Below, piece by piece: positions 39,442 to 53,318 of a stretch of DNA of 64,000 bases (position 1 is its first letter; each line of letters opens with the position of its first letter). A model generated the notes under the pieces. The model was not told the origin of the DNA, made no database searches, and saw only the letters and a program-made list of their open reading frames with translations. A program made the position numbers and the translations under genes. The stretch is from the human T2T-CHM13v2.0 reference genome, Homo sapiens: assembly GCF_009914755.1 (NCBI RefSeq), contig NC_060936.1; one strand, 5' to 3'.

Positions 39442-39952
39442 TGTTGGGAACAGGCCCCCCAAAATCTGGCCATAAACTGGCCCCACAACTGGCCATAAAC
39501 AAAATCTCTGCAGCACTGTGACATGTTCATGATGGCCATGACACCCACACTGGAAGGTTGTGGGTTTGCTGGAATGAGGGCAGGGAACAGCTGACCCACC
39601 CAGGGTGGAAAACCACTTAAAGGCATTCTTAAACCACAAACAATAGCATGAACATCTGTGCCTTAAGGACATGCTCCTGCTGCAGATAACTAGCCAAACC
39701 CATCCCTTTATTTTGGCCCATCCCTTTGTTTCCCATAAGGAATACTTTTAGTTAATCTATAATCTATAGAAACAATGCTTATCACAGGCTTGCTGTTAAT
39801 AAATACGTGGGCAAATCTCTGTTCGAGGCTCTCAGCTCTGAAGGCTGTGAGACCCCTGATTTCCCACTCCACACCTCTATATTTCTTGTGTGTGTCTTTA
39901 ATTCCTCTAGCACCACTGGGTTAGGGTCTCCCCAACCGAGCTGGTCTCAGCA
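39442..39952 (+). mobile_element. MER9 (HERV-K HML-3) solo LTR
   Basis: TGTTGGGAACAGGCCCCCCAAAATCTGGCCATAAAC...GGTCTCAGCA; TG..CA ends; 6-bp TSD AAAATG on both sides. Confidence 0.85.
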
Positions 39953-40699
39953 AAAATGTTCTATACAGGTTGCATTTTCCTCCAGCCTTGGAGAGGAGCA
40001 TGACACTTACCCAAGGAAACAGTGGTGCAGTGGCACGATCACGGCTCACTGCAGCCTGGACCTCCCCAGCTCAAGCAATCCCCCTGTCTCTGCCTTTCAA
40101 GTAGCTGGGACTACAGGCAAGTGGAGAAAGATGCATGGGGAAGAAATTGCTACAGTTTTTATTTTCTACCCAAAGCTTCATGGACTCCAAAATATTATTT
40201 ATTTAGTGTCAAATGAAAGTACTTCTTCTCTTTCCTCTCCCACATCAGGTTTTCTTTTCACGTAAATCTCATCCCATAATCTCTCTTATCTTCACCAATT
40301 TATACCTGTTTACCTGCTCTTCCTCTTTGTTCACCTCTCTCAACTACACGCAATATCTTTTGTCATTATGGGTCAATAAGACAGCCAAGTGGAAACCTCT
40401 AGTTAGATACATTAGAGGATATTAGGGATGGGGAAAGAGAGAGGTGGAGGAAGAGAGAGAGAGAGAAGGAGACAGAAAGAAAGAGGAGGAGAGAAATATC
40501 TGAACTGGAGTTATGGAATAGGTTGTTTTGAGATGAAAGGAACTCTTGTCAGTAGAAATGTTAAAGTCTGGTGCTACCTGTCAGAACAGTTATGGGAGGA
40601 ATTTCAGGATGGAATGGGAAGTTAAAACGATTTGCGAAAGTCTCTTCACTGTCTCATAATTATAACAATTTGTGACAAAGAATGGTTGAAATCTCAATC

Positions 40700-43423
40700 T
40701 CAATGCCATTCTTACATTGCTACAAAGAAATACCTGAGGTTGGGTAATTTATAAAGAAAAGAGATTTAATTACCTCATGGTTCTGCAGGATGTACAGGAA
40801 GCATAGTGCTGGGCATCTTATTGGCTTCTGATGAGGCCTCAGGAAGCTTATAATCATGGTGGAAGGCAAAGGGAGAGCCAGCATATCATACAGAGAAAGC
40901 AAAAGCAAAAGCAAAAGAGAGAGCAGGGAGGTGCCACAAACTTTTAAACAACCAGATCTTGTGAGAACTCACTATCCTGAGGATAGCAGCAAGCCATGAG
41001 GGATATATCCCCATGACCCAAACACCTCCCACCAGGCCCCAACTTCAATATTGGGGATTACATTCCAACATGATACTTGGGTGGGACAAATATCCAAACC
41101 ATATCATTTCACCTCTTGCCCCCCAAATCTTATGTCCTCACATTGCCAGATTTGCTCATGCCCTCCCAATAGTCCTCTAGAGTCTTAACTCACTCCAATA
41201 TTAACTCAAAAGTCCCAAGTCCAACTTCAAAGTCTCATCTGGAGATAAGTTACTTCTACATATGAACCTATGAAATCAAACTCACTTTATTTACTTCCAA
41301 GATGCAATGGGGTACACAGTGGGTAAACATTCCCATTCCAAAGGGAGAAATGGTCCAAAAGAAAGGAGCAACAGGCCCCTAGCAAGTCTGAAACCCCAGC
41401 AGGGCAATCACTAAGCCTTTTTTTTTGTTTTTTTTTTTTGAGACAGGGTCTTGTTCTGTCACTTGGGCTGTAGTGCAGTGGGTTATCGTGGCTCACTGCA
41501 GCCTTGACCTCCTGGAGTCAAGTGATCCTCTTACCTCAGCCTCCCTAGGAGCTGGGACTACAGACATGTGTCACCTCACTTGGCTAATTTTTTATTTTTT
41601 TGCACAGATGTTGCCCAGGCTGGTCTCTAACTCCTCCTCTTTGTTCACCTCTCTCAACTACATGCAATCTGCCTGCTTCGGCCTCCCAAAGTGCAGGAAT
41701 TACAGGCATGAGCCACCATACCTAGCTCAGTCATTAAACCTTAAATGTCCAAAATAATCTGCTTTAACTTCATGTACCACATCCTGGGCACACTGGTACA
41801 AGGGGTAGGCTTCCAAGGCCTTGGGCAGCTCTGCCCCTTTGGCTTTTTCATGCTGAGATTGAAAACTGCTGGTGGATCTACCATTCTTGGGTCTGGAAGG
41901 TGATAGCCCCCTTCCCACAACTGCACTCAGCAGTGCCCCAATGGGGAGTCTGTGTGGGACATCCAATCCCACATTTCCCCTTGGTATTGCCCTAGAGTTC
42001 TCTGTGAGTGTTCCACCCTTGCAGCAGGTTTCTGCCTGGGCACCCAGGCTTTCTCATAAATACTCTGAAATCTAGGCTGAGGCTGCCAATCCTTCTTCAC
42101 TCTTGGATTCTGTGTACTCACATGCTTAAAACCACATGGAAGGCACCAAGGCAAATGGCTTGTGCTCTCTGAAGCTGCTGCTACAACTGTATCTGGGTCC
42201 CTTTGAACTGAGGCTGCAGCTGGAGCAGATGTGAGGAGCAGTGTCCCCAGGCTGCACAGGGCAGTAGGCCCTGGGCCTGGCCCCTGAAACCATTCTTTCC
42301 TCTTAGGTTTCTGGGCTTGTGATGGGAGGGGCTGCTTCTTAGATCTCTGAAATGCCTTCAGGGCCTCTTTTTCACTGTCTTGGCTATCAGCACTTGACTC
42401 CCTTCTTGTTATGCAAGTATCTCTAGAAAGTGGTTGCTCCACAGCCCATTTGAATTTCTCTACTGATAATGCTTTTTTTTTTTTTTTGCTCCACCACATG
42501 GCTAGGCTACAAATTATCTGAACTTTTATGCTTTGCTTCTCTTTTAAATATAAATTACAACATTAAGTCATTTCTTTGCTCCTGTAGCTGAATATAGGCT
42601 GGTAGAAGCAGCCAGGCCACATCTTGAATGCTTCACTGCTTAGAAATTTCTTCCACCAGATGCCTTAAGTCATCACTTAAGTTGAAACTTCCATAGATCC
42701 CTAGGGCATGAACAGAAAGCAGCCAAGCTCTTTGCTAAGGCATAATGTGAGTAACCTTTACTCCAGTTTCCATTAAGTTCCTCAATTTCATTTGAGACTT
42801 CCCCAGCCTGGACTTCTCTGTTCATATCACTATCAGCACTTTGGTCACAACCATTTAACCAGTCTCTAAGAAGTTGCAAACTTTCCCACATCTTCCTATC
42901 TTCTTCTGAGTCCTCCCAACTCTTCCAGCCTCTGCCTATTACCAAGTTCTAAAGTTGTTTCCATAATTTCAAGCACCTTTATAGCAATGCCCCACTCCAC
43001 AGCACCAATTTTCTGTGTTAGGCTGTTCTTGTGTTGCTACAATGAAATACAGAGGCTGGGTAATTTATAAAGAAAATAAGTTTAATTGACTCACAGTTTT
43101 GCAGACTGTACAGGCAGCATGGTGCTGGCATCTGTTTGGATGCCTTCTGATGACGCCTCAGGAAGCTTACAACCATGGTGGAAGGCAAAGGGGGTAGAGT
43201 GGCTTATCACATGGCAAGGGCAGGAGTGAAAGAGAGAGCAGGGATGTGCCACACTTTTAAAGAACCATATATTGGGAGAACTCGTTCACTATTACAAGGA
43301 CGGCACCAAGACATGAAGGATCTGTGCCTATGACCCAAATACCTCCCACTAGGCCCAATCTCCAACTTCGGGGCCTACATTTTAACATAAGATTTGGGTG
43401 GAACAAATATCCAAACCATATGA
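40700..43423 (-). mobile_element. Complete MaLR element, MST-type (LTR about 40700-41106, internal region, LTR 43014-43423)
   Basis: Two direct LTR copies with GGGTAATTTATAAAGAAAA and CCAAACCATAT(C/G)A ends flanking MST-int-like sequence; Alu inserted inside. Confidence 0.85.
41418..41728 (-). mobile_element. Alu (J-like) within MST-int, carrying a foreign 34-nt insert
   Basis: Poly(T) then GAGACAGGGTCTTG...CCACCATACCTAGC. Confidence 0.9.
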
Positions 43424-44837
43424 CCAATTTACTCTGATATTTGTAAAACTGTATGTATATTAAGAAGATATTCAATATAGCCATGGGATGTTAGTCTCTT
43501 ATGTCTGCATGGGTTTCCTTGGGGTGTGTATTACTTCGTGTGATTTTAGATCATCATCATCTTTTATTTTTGTAGATGCCCCCAAAATTGCTGGGGGCCA
43601 CATTTATTCTTTTTTATTCCATTTTATTTTTTATTTCTCCCCTTTTCTATGTTTTTTATTAATTTGTATTGATTCTTTTTATTACTCTGATTCTCTAAAA
43701 CATTTTAAAATCATTTTTCCTACTTTCTTTATCTTTTGGCTTGTGTGTGTCTTTCCTATTACTGCTTGTTTCTTAAGTCTTGGGTTACTTCTTACTGAGT
43801 ATAATTTCTTTTACTCTTTTTTTTCTCTGTCTGCCCAATACATTTCCTGCCAATGTTGTTTCATTCTTTGTGTTTCACTATTTGGAATGAGAGACTGCAA
43901 CTCTTAAGGCTCTATTGTTCCATTCACCAAAATGTAATTCTTTCCAGTGTTAAACAAATTCAAGGAGACCAAGAGCTCTAAAATCAGACAACAAACAAAG
44001 AGACACCTAGGTATTTTAAGCAGGAAGTGGTTTACTACAGGGAATAATTATGCTTACAAAACCCTCATCAGGAAGTTTTAAAACCCCCAGGAAACGACTG
44101 CTAAAGGGCACCATGCTGTAATATCTAGGCTAGCAGTTTTCAGGACAAGTACAAAGATCCTTGCGAAACCGTATCTTCCATGAACAAGTCTCTCTGGTGG
44201 AAGCGAGCCCAGATTCTTCCTGCTAGGGATTGTGGGAAATAAAGTTCCTGGCCCCGCAAACCTAGTCATTTAGGGAGAACATAAAAGGAGGCAGGAATGA
44301 TGAGGAATTAATAAGCAGTAATGCGGCTCAGTGGCCTATTCAGTGCAAAGGGATGCTCTCTGCTTACCTGCAGCAGAAAAACTGATCACACTGTAGGATT
44401 TCCCTAGTTCCTTTGACCGCTGCTCTTCATGGTGAGTTTTCAACTTGCTGGGTCAGGAGGGCTTAACATCACCCACATATCAAGATTCTATTTTTAAAGA
44501 AATTAATTGTAAGTGCAGAAATTTTTCTCTCTGTTGTCTACAATTGCAATAGCTTTCAGTTCATTTCTCTAAAATTGTGTTTACTTAAGTTTACATATCT
44601 TTGTTTGTGGGGCACCAACATTTTAATTTCCTTACCAGGAAATCATTGCTCTTCAAAGATCCTCTTGGGCTAATGAATACCTGATGTATTTATTTAAAAA
44701 TATTCTTTGTAACCCAATCTCTGGGATGTTAAAAGTTAGCCTAATAGTTTTCTTCATTGACAATGGGTGGTTACTTTCCTTATATCTTTATAACCAGTTT
44801 ATCTTGGTTAATTTCTAAGGTAAAAAGGAATGGTCTC

Positions 44838-45130
<293 letters not shown>

Positions 45131-48100
45131 ATGGTCTCTTATGCTAAGGATGCCATGGAATAAAACAACCAGAAACTTCTCAATTGCCATTCCCTTGATA
45201 AAATAATAACAAATATAAAATTAAAAACTGGTTGCATTGAACTATTATTGAGTTTCCACATGAGCTTCACATGTCATTCAAATGTCCACAAACCCACATT
45301 TTTCTTCTTTAAATATTTACTACTTTGCATCATTAAATTAACACATTTTCAAACCTCATTGTTAAAAAAAGGCAAATATTTGTAGTTTTTAAAGTATCCC
45401 CTTCACTCATGACTATTAGAAATGTGTTTTTTTCTTATATTTGTCTATAATACCAGGAGGTGTAAATAGGCTATACTAAAATTAATAAAAATATTGAGCA
45501 GAGTTCCACATAAGCAGGCTCTACCATTCATTAGGGAGTGTCAATCATCTGCAACCACTCTGTGCAAGGGGAAAGAGCATGGATTGTTCAGGGAAGTGGC
45601 ACACATCACAACTGTTCATTGGTGAGACCCAGTCACATGATCATAACTAGTTGTAATGAATGTTGAGAAATATAGCTAATGCACAGACCTAGCTAAAAAT
45701 CTTATTGATTGTAAGAAGAGAATGGAATATGGTTTACCACTTATGACCCTATTAATAAGGAAGAGGAGAATGGGTGACAGTAGATTTCTTAGTCCATGTG
45801 TCTATTCCAGCCCATCCATTAGTGGATGATCCTATGGTTAGAACATAGCATGCCATTTAGTATATAGCTATTGAGTCAAACTGCCTGGGTTTGAATCCAG
45901 GCTCTTCATTTATAAGCTTTGTTACCTTCAGCAAGTTACCTTTCTGAGCCTCAGTTTTTACTTTATTAACTGAAAAAAAATGAGAATCTTAATAGTACTT
46001 ACTTCACAGAGTTATTGGGCTTTCATGTGAAGTAAAATACATTAAGCACTTAAAACAAGGCTTTACATATAGTACATAGTTAATAAATATTCATTACTTA
46101 GGTTAGAGGAAAGCTGGAAGGCCCTCACAAAGCAGTAATAAGTCCTTGTTATGTTTTTTTTTTTTTTCAAAATAAATGTTTTTCAAAAACTGAGTACTTT
46201 GGAATACTTTTAGATTTACAAAAGAGTTGAAAAATAGTATGGCCAGGTGCGATGGCTTACCTCTATAATCTCAGCACTTTGGGAGGTCAAGCTCAAGGTT
46301 GTGAGCTCCCTCCTCTGAGACTTAAGGGGAAAAATTACAATGAGGTAGACGGTGAATCTGGATTTCTGTCCAAACCACACTGGTTAGCTAAACTGGGATG
46401 GACTTGATTCTGAGTTGAGAAATTGTGGAGAATTCAAGCATGAATGTCTCTACGGAAATATGTTTAGAGACTGATAAGCTTGTGGAAATCCAGAAATGGC
46501 AGGTAGAGCACATCAGAAATTACTTTCTTATCTTTAATCAAATGACATTTACTAAACCCTTAATTATATATTGATTTTTAAATTATATCCTAGGTTGTCT
46601 GTTAAATATTGCAGTAGTTCAGATGTGATTGACACTCTTTTGAAATTACTCACATTTCAAATTCTCAAATTGAGTTATACTTTCCTCAACTAGGAAATAT
46701 AAATAACTAATGGAAACCTTCTTGGATGCTTGCTGGGAGATTTGGATGACTTAATGCATAGTAGTTAGTAATTTCTCAATAAAAAGATTGTTTTTGAAAG
46801 ATGAAGTTAAATTATCCTAGTAATGGTCAATGGTTAAGCAAAAAATTATTTCTTTCAGGAATTGCAAGTAATAAAACATGACTGGAATAACAAACCACAG
46901 GGAAAGGTGGGAGAATGAAAAGATGTATAAGGGTCATATCCTACAATTGTCATGGCCACACCAAACGATCTGACTCATGTGGAGCGAGCGGGCAGATACA
47001 TTTCTTTGTAAGTGTATCCTCAGCCACTTGTACTATGCTTTGGGCATTTTAATTACTCTACAAATGTTGACTGAATAAATTATTTTTCAGAAATGTTTTT
47101 CTGGAGTAATGGGAACAATACACTAAGCTGGGGGAAGACAGGATGTTTTCAAAGTAGTTAGGATGTCCTAGACTTTCTCACAGAAAGTATCTCATTGATC
47201 TCATTGAGGAGTGATAGTATATCTCATACTCTTCAAAATATCTTATACATGAAACTGACATAGCTTGGGAACAATTACCCATACCCCCTCTTCCCTTTGC
47301 CTTTATTGCTAACATTCTCTCCTGATGCAAAAAATGCAGGACCCGGGAATAAACTAAATATTTCCCTTCTCTTCTCTGAGCTCCCAGAAGCAGAGTTTAT
47401 GCCAAAATATGAGGAGCTACGGAGAAAGTCACTAGAGAGGTGTGCAGACTCATTTCTTGAGCAAATAAATGTATGGTCCTAAATTTAGCTATCTTCATTT
47501 GCTAAAACATGTACCTTTGTTGCAGAAGCAGTTCCAGAAGCTGGGTTGTAGTCAGAGAATATTAGCAGCTCCAGGTGCCAAGCTGGAGTCACAGAGATTT
47601 CCTAGACCTAAGATGTGAATCTTAAATCACCCCTCACATCTAAAGCTACTTTTCATGAACTGGAGCTCTGTGAATCCCAGGAAACAATGTAACTTTAGAG
47701 AGCATCTTTAGTGTGTGACTTTTCTAGTCCCAAATGCAATGTGCAAATAGCTAAGGAATTCTGGGGTTGCCAGTTCTTACAGTTACGTGGTTGGTTATTT
47801 CCTTTAACTTACTTGTGATATTCATCTATCCATCCATTTACCACATCTTCGTGTCTCTGCTTTTCTGTTCCTGTCTCTTTCTGTCCTCTTTCCTCAACTT
47901 ATAAATGTCAATTTATATCATAGTACAGTTACTCTATTAGTAATACATACTTAGGTGTGAAAACTACTTCCTGGGAGATAACAATCAGATGTTGTGAAGT
48001 TACTATTATAAGCTTTTCAGCTGTTTTTATTTCCAGTCAATTCTAGATGTTTTGATAATTACCCAAACAGATGTTAGAAATGATGTTTGTTCATTTTAAT

Positions 48101-48619
48101 TTTGACATAATTTTAAAGGTACCAAAAATTGCCAAAATATCAAAAGAACTACTCTTCCTCTTTATCCATTTAGCATTTACTCCATTCCCTTTACCCCTTT
48201 CTCCTGAGCTGCAGATTATCATACCCTTTACCTGAAATTCATCAATATGTATTTTATAAGAACAAAAAGATCATTTTATGTAACCTAGTACAATTATCAA
48301 ACAAAAATATAATATTATGCAAAGTTCACATTCAAATATTGCCAATTGTTTCAATAATATTATTTGTAATGACTTTTTCTTCTTATCCAGGATTCAGTCA
48401 AGGATCATGCATTGAACTTAATTGTCATGTCTCTTTATAAAGTCTTCTTTGATCTAATGAATTTAGAATATTATAGATAAATGGATATATAGATGGATAG
48501 ATATACATCAATACATATAGATATATATATAGATAATGCATATAAATATGTGTGTAATATGTGTGTGTGCATGCATGTGTATGTATGTCTATTTTTCCAT
48601 CTTTCTGCTGAGATGAGTA

Positions 48620-48990
48620 CGTCTTAGCTTGAGCATCCATAACAAAATACCACAGACTGGTAGCTTAAACCACAGGAATTTATTTCTCACAGTTCTAGAG
48701 GTTGGAAAGTCCAAGATCAAGGTGCCAGCTGATTTGGTTTCTGGTAAGGGCTTTCTTTCTGGCTTGCAGACAGCCATCTTTTCACTGTGGTCTCACGTGG
48801 TGAAGAGAGAGCACTCTGATGTCTCTTCCTCTTCTTATTAGGCAGCAGCCCTGTCAGATTAGGGATTCCCACCCTATGATCCCATTTAACCTACATTACC
48901 TCCTTAAGGCCCTATCTCCAAATATAGCCACAGCAGAGGTTAGGGATTCAACATATGAATTTTGGAGGGACAAATTTAATATATATCAGA
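48620..48990 (-). mobile_element. MLT1-type LTR
   Basis: CATAACAAAATACCACAGACTGG...TTCTCACAGTTCTAGAGG...AGTCCAAGATCAAGGTG. Confidence 0.75.
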
Positions 48991-49449
48991 CTACAAACAA
49001 CACTTCAGAAACAATTAGATCACTTAGAATTCAGATATTGCTTTCTAAATTTTATTTCTCTCTAAAATAAACCAGGGCTCCTTGGAAAGGTGCCTGATTC
49101 TAGGGCTGGGGAAGAGAAAGAACAAGGTAAGCCTGAAAACTGTAATTGTCCCATAAGTTAAGGAAGTCAAGAATGATGTAAATGGGTCTAAAGGACACAG
49201 GAACTAATGTGAGGAACTAATATGCTGGCCAAATATGAGATGGCTTATGCATCAACATAAATAATGTTAGCAATAGGCTATAATCATTCAATGAAATAAG
49301 AATTTGTTAATTTATATTGAATAAAGGAAATAAAGTAAATAGGGAAGAAGAAAAAGCTCTTACTGACAGTAGAATTTCAACAAATAAAGTAAAAATCATG
49401 AATGGATTTAAAAATAACTTTTGGCAATCATCATATTAGCAATTGATGG

Positions 49450-50910
49450 TATATGAATGTTAACTCTGGTAAGTGAGAGATGACAGAATGAACAGATTGA
49501 CAAATCCTGTCTCCCTAAAGGAACTATAAAACTAAACAAAACAGTCAAAACTGACCATTTTAGAACTCTGGAAACTGACCAAAGGCAAAAAATAGTTTGA
49601 GAACTATTTATTCATGAAAAATGACCCAACTTAGAGTAAGAACAGTGGAAATCTTTGGCTTTAGTGCTGGGGTTGCTCTCATCTCCCCACATCTCCAAAA
49701 ATAGAAACAACCAGTGGACTAGGAAGATATTAACAGGGAAATCTGGTAAATGAGACAGCAATAGATGAGCCAGATAGGATTCCACACAGCCCTGACTGAC
49801 TGAAGACCACACACACATGCAGAAGAAGAGACAAAAGAGACTCTATAGAGAAATTTGAAACAAGGGCAGACTTCAAAAGTACTTGAACTTAGAATATGTT
49901 CCCTGACACACAGAGATCTATTGGCAGAGGATGAAGCTTTACTGGTTCAGTGTGTTCGGGTGCAATATTTAACCAATTATTGGCTGATCACTAAGCTAGA
50001 CAGATAGAGGGATGACCTGTTTTAAAACCAGGTTTGAAAATAAAAACAAGAATAAAAAACTCAGCAGAGACATCAGAGGCTGCATAGTATGGAGGACTTA
50101 AGAGTCCATAGATGTAGTCCAGGCAAGTTAACAGACAAGTAGATCAAAAAACAAACAGCAACAACAACTGCCCTGGGGAAGAGAGATTAGAAACCAGAAT
50201 TACTGCAGTATATTATCTAAAATGTACAGCTCTAAACAAACAAAAAAGAGATAAGAAAGAAACAGGGAAGTGATCTATACATACCAAAAAAAACCAAAAG
50301 CAATCAATGAAATCTAGCTCTGAGGAGGTCCAGGTACTGGACTGAATAGAGAAAGACTTCAAAGCAGCTATTTAAATAAGTTTGAAAAACTAAAGAAAAT
50401 CATATTTAAAGAATTAAAGAAAAATCTAACGACAATGGCTTAACAAAGAAGAAGAAATAAAATCTGTAAAAAGAAATCAATAGGAATTCTTGAGTCGTAA
50501 CATGAAATAAATGAAATGATAAGTTTATAAAAAGGCTAAATAGTAACTTTAAAATTCCAGAAGAGAAAAAAATCGGTAAATTTGTAGTTTAATATAAATG
50601 ATCCGTCTTAAGAACTTGGAAAAAAATACTGCAGAAAAAGTAACAGAGCTTGTATATCAGCACGAGGCACAGAAGAATAGAGAAAGAGGTAGAAAAATAT
50701 TTGAAAAAAATAACAGTTGAAAATGTCTCAGATTTGCATATTAATTTGAAAATCCAAATAATCCAATGAAACTTAAGGAAGACAAACACAAAGAAATCCT
50801 TATCTAGATACCATCAAGCTGTTGAAAGACAGGGACAAGGAGAAAATCTTGGAAGCAGTAAGAGAAAAATGATTCATCACGTACAAGAAAACAACAATAT
50901 GATTAATGTT
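49450..50910 (+). mobile_element. Old L1M 5'/ORF1 remnant
   Basis: A-rich degenerate ORF1-like sequence (AAAGACTTCAAAGCAGCTATT, GAGAAAATCTTGGAAGCAG). Confidence 0.6.
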
Positions 50911-51925
50911 GCATTTAATGGAAGTTTAAAAAATAATGTAATAAGAATGAATAATCTTTATTTTATGTAGGTGAATAATTTCATGCATGTATACACAAGA
51001 GAGAGGACAGACAAAAGAGTGACAGAAACATTCCAAAATGTTAACAGTGCTTATTTCAGAATGATAGACTTTTTCATATTTATTATTGTTCTTTCAATAT
51101 TTTTTAACATGTATTTATGTTATAATAAAAACTTAAACTTTCTAAACATAGAAATAGGGATGGCTCTTTATTTTAGTGTAGGTATCTGTAATAATTTTAC
51201 TGCAGTACAGCAATATTAATGAAATATATATTAATTGGCTAGGATTAAATTTTAATCGTTAAACTCTCTACTACATTTCCTCATAATATATACTGCAAAC
51301 ATATTGCAAAGAGAGGCCCCAATATTTGAAGTACAATCTAAAATCTTGCTAACTCTTGAGAAGAAGCCTTCAAAACAAGCTTTTCTTGGCATGGGACTAA
51401 TTATCCTTTCTTACCAGATTTGTGAACTAAAGTCTCCTGATTTTTAGGATTTCCAACTCTTTGAGAGCAGAGACCCTAAATGAATAAAGCTTATTTAGGG
51501 TCTTAAAGATTTAAAAATGTCTTTTCTAATCACCTAGGCTTCTTTTTTTTGTTTGTTTTACATCTCTTGTAACAGCTCCATGAAGCCTACTGATTTTTAA
51601 AAAAATTATTTTACTATTGTGGTAGATACTTGTTACTATATGTGTTATAATTCCTATAGGAACAACAATATGTTCAAAATCTGAGGAAGCCAAGTTAGAA
51701 GCAAGGGCAATTGAGCAAAGCTGTCATGAATAAATCTATCAGGGATAAAAATGAAGACAACTATTCTGACATTCAATTTTGAAAATGCTTTCTACATTCA
51801 AATATCTATGGAATTACACTAATTTGAACTACAAGAACAGCCATAAGTCAGCCTCAAATAATGTTTTTCATTGTTCAGCAGAAGTAGGAGTAGGATACGT
51901 ATGGAGTGGTTTTTCAGTTAGTGAT

Positions 51926-52301
51926 TGTCTGAGTTTGGGCTGCTGTAAGAGAATACTATAAACTGGGTGGCATATAAACAACAGAATTTTTTTCCCTCAC
52001 AGTTTGGGAAGTTATAAACCTGAGATCAGGGTGCCAGCATGATTCAGATCTGATGAGGGCTCCCTGCCAAGTTGTAGACTGCTGACTTCCCACTGTACAC
52101 TCACATAAGGGAAGGACAGTGACAGAGCCTCTGAGGTTCCATTATTACGGGCACTAATCCCATTCATGAGGGCTTCACCCTCACGACATGATTACCTCCC
52201 CAAAGCTCCACTTCCTAATACCATTACATTGGCAGTTAGGATTTCAACATACAAATTTTTTTTTGCGAGGGGCAAAGGAAAACACAAACATTCAGTCCAT
52301 T
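51926..52301 (-). mobile_element. MLT1-type LTR
   Basis: GGGCTGCTGTAA...AAACTGGGTGG...AGATCAGGGTGCCAGC...CATTCAGTCCAT. Confidence 0.7.
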
Positions 52302-52470
52302 TAACAGTGATATACATAATTCAATTTTTATTATCACCAGTCTTTATCAATTTAGCTGTTCTCCTATTGTTCAAGAAATGTTATTTGGACAAGTTTTCCA
52401 TAGGGCAACTTGACTTCCTCTTTATTCATTTAAAAGTTGTTGTCTCCTTCAAAGATATTTAGAGGTTGAG
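52302..52470 (-). other. CD163L1: CD163L1 terminal non-coding (3'UTR) exon
   Basis: Minus-strand acceptor cttgttttataatttcag|CTCAACC at 52470; AATAAA on minus at 52426-52421 and 52332-52327; 3' end approximate. Confidence 0.75.
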
Positions 52471-52930
52471 CTGAAATTATAAAACAAGAGGCAACAAGTT
52501 ACTATTCTTCTAAATAAGAATGCTAGCCTACATGAGGTTAAAGTTAAGACACGTGTGTGTGTGCACACACAAACACACACACAACCCACAAAGAATTGAT
52601 CAATTAGGACAGATTTAGTAGGTGCTATGTATTAATATTTCTTTTTTGTGCATATGCAGATATTATGCAATTTTCTTTCTGCTCCCATAGTCTAGAATTC
52701 TGAGTCTCAGAATGTAATAATTTACTTATCAAAGAAAAAGAGTGTTAAATAACACCAAAATTAAAAAGGAAGGTATGATTACATATGGTTTTGGTTTTTG
52801 GAACACCTCTGGAAATTAATCTTTCAAAAGTTTTTAGTATGGATTCTGCTAAGTCAGAATTGATGATTAATGAGGTTTAGACAGAACAAAAGTAGGTTTT
52901 TTTGTATCATAGAATAATAGACTTGCTCAG

Positions 52931-53318
52931 TGTTATGAGCTGAATTGGGTCCCCCCAAATTCATATGTTCAAGTCTTAACCCCTAGTTCCTCAGGATGTG
53001 ATTGTATTTGAAGATTGGACCTTCAAAGAGGTAATTAAGGTAAAATGAGGTCACATGGGTGAGCCCTAATCCAGTATGACTGGTGTCCTTACAAGAAGAA
53101 ATTAGATCACAGACAACACAGACCAAGGGATGACCATCTGAGGGCATAACAAGAAGATGACTGCCTGCAAGGGAAGGAAGGAGGCCTCAGAAGAAATCAA
53201 ACCTCCCAATATCTTGATCATGGACTTCTGGCATCCAGAATTGTGAGAAAACAAATTTCCATTGTTTAAGCTGCCCAGTCTGTGGTATTTTCTTTTGGCA
53301 GCCCTAGAAAACTAATAC
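52931..53318 (+). mobile_element. MLT1-type LTR
   Basis: TGTTATGAGCTGAATTG...CCCCAAATTCATATG...GCAGCCCTAGAAAACTAATACA. Confidence 0.8.

Noticed and set aside
41927-42945. 190-aa and 90-aa minus-strand ORFs
   Set aside because: Remnants of the MaLR (MST) internal region.
43488-43907. 139-aa very hydrophobic ORF
   Set aside because: Phe/Leu richness comes from T-rich low-complexity, likely old antisense L1 sequence; no splice or Kozak support.
44360-44440. Donor-like sites on both strands (CTTACCTG near 44363; ATGGTGAGT near 44429) as possible extra exons
   Set aside because: No matching acceptor or reading frame could be supported from sequence alone.
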